A stretch of DNA of 64,000 bases from NCBI GenBank assembly GCA_903901855.1, contig CAIUSP010000042.1, positions 68,274 to 132,273 on the forward strand. The letters run 5' to 3'. The stretch is from an uncultured bacterium (lineage in GTDB: Bacteria > Actinomycetota > Thermoleophilia > Solirubrobacterales > 70-9). Position numbers and translations under genes: made by a program. Positions 57,354 to 64,000 of the stretch are shown piece after piece (position 1 is the first letter of the stretch; every line of letters begins with the position of its first letter). Under the pieces are notes generated by a model, which saw only the letters and a program-made list of their open reading frames with translations, searched no databases and was not told the DNA's origin.

Positions 57354-58897
57354 CCTTCAACCAGCCCACGATCGACTACGCAGGCCTGTCTCCGCTGATC
57401 GCCCTAGTGGCGACGCTGTGCGTGGTGATCATCGCGAGCATCATCCCGCGGGTCGGGAGATTCAGCGTCGCGTTGCTGACGCTGATCGGCTTCGCGACCA
57501 CTGCTGGCCTGACGATCTGGCAATGGGGTGCGAGCGAGAATCTGGTCTCGAACGCCCTGCGAATCGACGACATCGGCTCGATGGCGATACTGATCGCTCT
57601 GCTGGCGGCGGCTGGAACGGTGCTGCTGTCGTTGCGGGAGCCGGCTGCGTATACCGCGGGTCACGGTGCGTACTACGCGCTTCTGATCGGATCGGTCATG
57701 GGGATGGTGGTGCTCGCGCAGTCGATCAACCTGATCAGCTTCTTCGTCGGGCTCGAACTCCTCTCGATCCCGCTCTACGTCCTCTGCGGAGCGGCGGTGA
57801 GGCGCAAGGAATCACTCGAGTCGGGCCTGAAGTACCTGATCGTCGGTTCGCTGGGTTCGGCAACGCTGCTCTACGGATTCGCGCTGATCTACGGAGCCAC
57901 TGGAAGCACCAACTTCGGAGTGATCGCCGAGGAGTTGACCTCGGCTCAGCTCGCGAGCGACACCTTGGTCCTCGCCGGCGTGGCGATGGCCGTTGTAGGA
58001 ATCGCTTTCAAACTCTCGCTCGCCCCGTTCCACCAGTGGGCTCCCGACGTGTACGAAGGAGCGCCGACGCCGATCACCGCCTTCATGGCCGTGGCTACGA
58101 AGGCGGTCGTGTTCGTGGCCTTCGCGCGACTGCTCGAACAGGGACTCGGTGAGCTCTCCGGGATCTGGAGCGACGCACTGGCGGTGCTCGCGGTGATCTC
58201 GATCGTGATCGGGAACGTGGGCGCGATCGGACAGCGATCGATCAAGAGACTCCTCGGCTACTCGGGGATCGCCCAGGGCGGTTACATCCTGGTCGGTCTG
58301 GTCGTGGTGAGCACCGAGGGCGCCGGAGCGATGATCTTCTATCTCGCCGTCTACGCGTTGGCCAACCTCGCGGTCTTCGCTCCGCTGGTCGCGCGCGAAC
58401 GGGAATCCGGATTCGGTGACGACGTGAATGGCATCGCGGGCATCGGGCGCACGCGACCCTGGCTTGCCTGGCCGATGACGATAGGCGTGCTGTCGATGAT
58501 CGGCCTGCCCGGAACCGCAGGGTTCATCGGGAAGCTCTTCCTGATCCAGGCAGCGGTCGACGGCGACTACACCTGGCTGGCGGTCGTGGTGGTGATAGGG
58601 ACGGTCGTGTCTCTCGGCTACTACCTGCGCCTGCTCTCGGCAATCTGGATGGAGCCACAGCCCGATGCCCCGAATACCCAGTCGCCCATGCCGGTGATCG
58701 CCGGCGGTGCGCCTGAAGCCGACGCCTCGGCAGGGGGTCGGGAGGAGGTTCCGCCGGGCTCGAGCAGGTGCGTACTCGTCGTGGGCACAGGTGTGATCTG
58801 CGCCGCGGCAACGGTGCTGCTCGGGATCTACCCCGAGCAACTGATCCAGTGGGCGACCGAAGCCGGCGAAGCGATCACCCGCGCCGTCGGCCTGTAG
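57350..58897 (+). CDS. nuoN: NADH-quinone oxidoreductase subunit N
   Basis: 515 aa, ND2-type (FKLSLAPFHQWAPDVYEGAPTPITAF). Has a C-terminal extension. Confidence 0.92.
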   Translation: MTFNQPTIDYAGLSPLIALVATLCVVIIASIIPRVGRFSVALLTLIGFATTAGLTIWQWGASENLVSNALRIDDIGSMAILIALLAAAGTVLLSLREPAAYTAGHGAYYALLIGSVMGMVVLAQSINLISFFVGLELLSIPLYVLCGAAVRRKESLESGLKYLIVGSLGSATLLYGFALIYGATGSTNFGVIAEELTSAQLASDTLVLAGVAMAVVGIAFKLSLAPFHQWAPDVYEGAPTPITAFMAVATKAVVFVAFARLLEQGLGELSGIWSDALAVLAVISIVIGNVGAIGQRSIKRLLGYSGIAQGGYILVGLVVVSTEGAGAMIFYLAVYALANLAVFAPLVARERESGFGDDVNGIAGIGRTRPWLAWPMTIGVLSMIGLPGTAGFIGKLFLIQAAVDGDYTWLAVVVVIGTVVSLGYYLRLLSAIWMEPQPDAPNTQSPMPVIAGGAPEADASAGGREEVPPGSSRCVLVVGTGVICAAATVLLGIYPEQLIQWATEAGEAITRAVGL

Positions 58898-58922
58898 AGC
58901 CCTGAGCGCAGTCATCTCAGCG

Positions 58923-59828
58923 TTGGCGATCGTGCTCGCCGTGGCGGTCGGGGTGGCCGCGGAGCGTCGCTGGCCGGCCCGCACCTCCGAGATCGCCCGC
59001 CGCACGCTGGTGGTGACCGTCTACACGGTCCTGCCGGTGGTGATCTTCTTCAATCTCGCGCGGGCGAGCTTCACCCGGGACGAGGAACTCGGCCTGGGAT
59101 TGGTCTACGTGGCGATCGCGGTCACCGGAGCGATTGCGGTCTTCGCCAGCAAGCGGTTGAAGGTGTCCCGCCCGGCTCGAGGCTCGATCCTCACCTCGTC
59201 GGTGATGGGTAACACCGGCTACCTCGGGCTCCCCCTCACCGCCGCGCTGCTCGGTTTCGACCAGATCCCGGCGGCGGTGTTGTACGACACCGTCGTCACC
59301 ACCCCATTGCTCTTCCTGGGAGCGTTCGCCGTGGGTGCGTTCTACGGTGACACCGCTGGCGAAACGGCGGCCGACAGGATCAAAGCCTTCTTCTTCAGGA
59401 ACCCGCCGCTGTATGCCGCGATCGCCGGACTGCTGGCGCCGGGATGGCTGGCGCCGGATCTCGCGGTGGACATCTCGAGAGTGCTGATCGTCGCCCTGCT
59501 GCCGATCGGCTTCTTCGCGGTCGGAGCGGCACTCGCAGAGGAGCAGTTGGAGACAGCCGGTTCCGACGATCCGGACACGACGCCTGCCTCGATCGGCCTG
59601 ATCCTGGTCTCGAAGCTGATCGTGATGCCGCTGGTGCTCTGGGCGATCTCGCTTCCGCTGCTCGACCTGCCCGATACCTACCTGCTGCTCGCAGCGATGC
59701 CCTGCGGCATCAACGCCCTGATCGTCGCCCATCTCTACGGACTGGATCACCGCCTGACCGCCAAAGCGGTGACCTGGACGACCGGGCTCGTCCTCGTGGT
59801 GGCCCTCGCTGCCCTGGCCATCATCTGA
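58923..59828 (+). CDS. AEC-family (auxin efflux carrier-like) transporter
   Basis: 301 aa, ~10 TM helices in two halves. GNTGYLGLPL and AMPCGINALIVA motifs. Confidence 0.75.
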   Translation: MAIVLAVAVGVAAERRWPARTSEIARRTLVVTVYTVLPVVIFFNLARASFTRDEELGLGLVYVAIAVTGAIAVFASKRLKVSRPARGSILTSSVMGNTGYLGLPLTAALLGFDQIPAAVLYDTVVTTPLLFLGAFAVGAFYGDTAGETAADRIKAFFFRNPPLYAAIAGLLAPGWLAPDLAVDISRVLIVALLPIGFFAVGAALAEEQLETAGSDDPDTTPASIGLILVSKLIVMPLVLWAISLPLLDLPDTYLLLAAMPCGINALIVAHLYGLDHRLTAKAVTWTTGLVLVVALAALAII

Positions 59829-59877
59829 CGACCCCGCCGCGGTAGGCATCACCCTGCCCCAATAGGATGAGGCTCCG

Positions 59878-61509
59878 TTGCATTACCCGGTCGAAAAGTT
59901 CTCCAGTGAGGAAAAGGCTCTGCTCGAGCCTCACTTCAGCAACCTCGACCTGCCCGTCTTCGCACTGACCAACCTGCCCGAGACGATCAAGGGGGCGCTG
60001 TTCGCCCGCTACTCGCGCTACCCGGGCACGCTGAGGCGCCTGTACCTGGAGGAGTTCGCTCAAGATGTCGGCGCTGACGATCGTCCGTTCGCCGGTCAGG
60101 AGGGAAAGCGTGCCGCGGAGCTCTACGAGCGGATCTTCGTCGGTTACGGCGATGACTCGATCGCCCAAGTGGGAGGAGCGCACATCGCCTGTGAGTGGGT
60201 CTCGAACATCCTCACCAAGGTCCTGCAGCGCGGGCGTCTGGCCGCCTACCTCGAGCAGAGCACCCGCTACATCGCCTACGACCAGCCGATGGAGATGGGC
60301 GATGGGCAGAGTGGCTACCGCTACTACCGGAGCGAGGATCTCGGATCTGAGTTCCCTGAAGCGATGGACGAGATCTTCTCGATCTACTCCGCCGCACTGG
60401 AGCCCACGATCGCGTGGGCAGCCGAGAGATTCCCGCGCGGCGACGAACCGGAGAAAGCCTGGGAGGGCTCGATCCGCGCCAAGGCCCTCGATCTGCTTCG
60501 GGGCCTGCTGCCGGCTGCGACCTTGAGCCACGTCGGCATGTTCGCCTCAGGACAGGCATACGAGCAGATGCTGTTGAGGATGATGGCCTCACCCCTGCCC
60601 GAGGCGCGTGAGTTCGGCGGGATGATCCTGGGCGAGCTCGGCAAGGTGATCCCCAGCTTCGTCAGTCGGGTCGACAGGCCCGAGCGCGGCGGCGAATGGA
60701 TCTCGTACCTGAGCGCGCGCCGAGAGGCCGCCGAACGAACCGCTGCTCGTTACGGACTGGACAGCCGCCGCCGTACCGACGACGGACCCACCGTAGAGCT
60801 GCTCGACTTCCGCGGCAGTGAGCGTGAGCTGCTCGCGGCGAGCCTGTTCGAAGAGTCGAGCGTGGGCGAGGCGGAGATCCGTCGCAAGGTCGCCGAGCTC
60901 GATGACGGCGAGGTGGCCGCCTCGATCGCGGAGCTCGTGGGCGACAGGGAGAACCGCCGCCACCGTCCCGGCAGGGGCTGGGAGGCGGTCGGCTATCGCT
61001 TCGAGGTCGTATCCGACTACGGCGCCTTCCGCGATCTGCAGCGGCATCGGATGCTGACCTGCCAGTGGCAGGGACTCACCCCAGACCTCGGCGCTGCGGT
61101 GCCGGAGGAACTGGTCGAAGCAGGTGTATCTGACGAGTACTCCCGCGCACTCGACATCTCGGCATCGGAGTTCGACCGCCTCCATTCCGAAGGCCTGGCC
61201 TCTGCCGCACCGTATGCGCTGTGTCTCGGTTACCGGATCCGCTACCTGTTCGATCTCAACGCCCGCGAAGCCATGCAGATGATCGAGTTGCGCTCGGGGC
61301 AAGAGGGTCATCCCTCATATCGGGCGGTCGCGCAGGCAATGCACGACCAGATCGCAGCGGTGCACCCCTCGATCGCACGGGCGATGGAGTACGTCGACAC
61401 ATCGAGTGAGCCACGCCTCGAGCGGATCCTGAGCGAGATCCGCACGCACCACAAGCGGGTCGAGGCAGGGCTGGACAGCCCGGCTTCGGATCTGCGTAGC
61501 GCCGGCTGA
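59878..61509 (+). CDS. Long-form ThyX-like (Thy1 domain) protein
   Basis: 543 aa. GALFARYSRY in the N-terminal half and AFRDLQRHRMLT (RHR motif) in the C-terminal half. The size is similar to long ThyX proteins such as the chlamydial one (from memory). Confidence 0.55.
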   Translation: MHYPVEKFSSEEKALLEPHFSNLDLPVFALTNLPETIKGALFARYSRYPGTLRRLYLEEFAQDVGADDRPFAGQEGKRAAELYERIFVGYGDDSIAQVGGAHIACEWVSNILTKVLQRGRLAAYLEQSTRYIAYDQPMEMGDGQSGYRYYRSEDLGSEFPEAMDEIFSIYSAALEPTIAWAAERFPRGDEPEKAWEGSIRAKALDLLRGLLPAATLSHVGMFASGQAYEQMLLRMMASPLPEAREFGGMILGELGKVIPSFVSRVDRPERGGEWISYLSARREAAERTAARYGLDSRRRTDDGPTVELLDFRGSERELLAASLFEESSVGEAEIRRKVAELDDGEVAASIAELVGDRENRRHRPGRGWEAVGYRFEVVSDYGAFRDLQRHRMLTCQWQGLTPDLGAAVPEELVEAGVSDEYSRALDISASEFDRLHSEGLASAAPYALCLGYRIRYLFDLNAREAMQMIELRSGQEGHPSYRAVAQAMHDQIAAVHPSIARAMEYVDTSSEPRLERILSEIRTHHKRVEAGLDSPASDLRSAG

Positions 61510-61551
61510 CCAGTTCGCTCCCCGCGCCGCGCCGGCGCTACGATCGCCTCG

Positions 61552-63554
<2,003 letters not shown>

Positions 63555-63558
<4 letters not shown>

Positions 63559-63908
63559 TCCAGCACGTCTCGCTCGAGATCCCGCCGGATCAACTGGACC
63601 GGGCAATCGAGTTCTGGGGGATCCTCGGCTTCGGGCCGATCGATGTACCCGATCAGCTCGGTGACGAGATCACCTGGCTGGGGCGGGACGGCTTCCACAT
63701 CCATCTGATCGCGACCGCCGACCACTCGGCATCGAGACGCGGACACCCTGCCGTGGTCGCGCCGGACTTCGATCGCTGCTGCAAGGAACTAGGTCGATCA
63801 GGATTCGACTTGTCAGAGGGCCCCGACCTGTGGGGTGCCAGACGCGCCTATGCGATCTCACCCGGGGGAAATCGGGTCGAGCTGATGGAGTTCCCTCCGG
63901 AAGACTGA
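63555..63908 (+). CDS. VOC/glyoxalase-family protein
   Basis: 117 aa. HVSLEI...FW..LGF...HIHL...HPAV...G..VELM pattern. 4-nt overlap with acs. Confidence 0.6.
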
Positions 63909-63912
63909 GCGT

Positions 63913-64000
63913 TCAGGAGGACTTGCCGGGGGAATCCTGCCCGGGAGTCGGAGGCTCGTCCGAGTCCGGGGTGCTGGCCTCCGTTCCCTCGGGGAGAGCA
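63913..64000 (-). CDS. 3' end of an unidentified gene running off the window
   Basis: Open frame to the window edge, ending ...GTEASTPDSDEPPTPGQDSPGKSS-stop (TGA 63915-63913). Low-complexity tail only. Confidence 0.2.
   Translation of the reverse strand, partial: ALPEGTEASTPDSDEPPTPGQDSPGKSS

Overview
GC-rich window with third codon positions overwhelmingly G/C. It is densely packed and looks chromosomal and Actinomycetota-like; gene content and codon style recall Rubrobacteria/Thermoleophilia, but the taxon cannot be proven from sequence alone. I support about 65 protein genes and 3 tRNAs: Arg-ACG, Ser-GCT and Ser-TGA. I saw no rRNA, CRISPR array, transposase, integrase or phage gene. Landmarks: a complete 14-gene NADH:quinone oxidoreductase operon nuoA-N (43.8-58.9 kb), cytochrome bd oxidase cydAB, purEK, typA/bipA, serS, msrB, acs, a stomatin/NfeD pair and a Cys-type sulfatase. 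There is also a glycan/cell-envelope set: an S8 protease, a CHAP hydrolase, a processive GT2 synthase coupled to a PAS-GGDEF-EAL protein, a GT2-GT-C fusion enzyme and a large GT-C-like membrane protein. I found no defence-type or mobile island. The items most worth a second look: (1) the GT2 synthase + c-di-GMP enzyme pair, which has no visible PilZ/PgaD receptor; (2) a single-polypeptide polyprenyl-phosphate-sugar synthase + GT-C transferase fusion; (3) cydAB followed by a cysteine-paired seven-bladed propeller and an 812-aa membrane protein instead of cydDC; (4) serS, whose conserved N-terminus has only ACG at the expected start; (5) a structured leader plus a small basic ORF; (6) several unannotated micro-ORFs and a transporter remnant. 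All product calls come from motif recognition by eye. No BLAST, HMM or folding could be run. Start codons are often uncertain because the ORF track takes the longest ATG/GTG/TTG extension.
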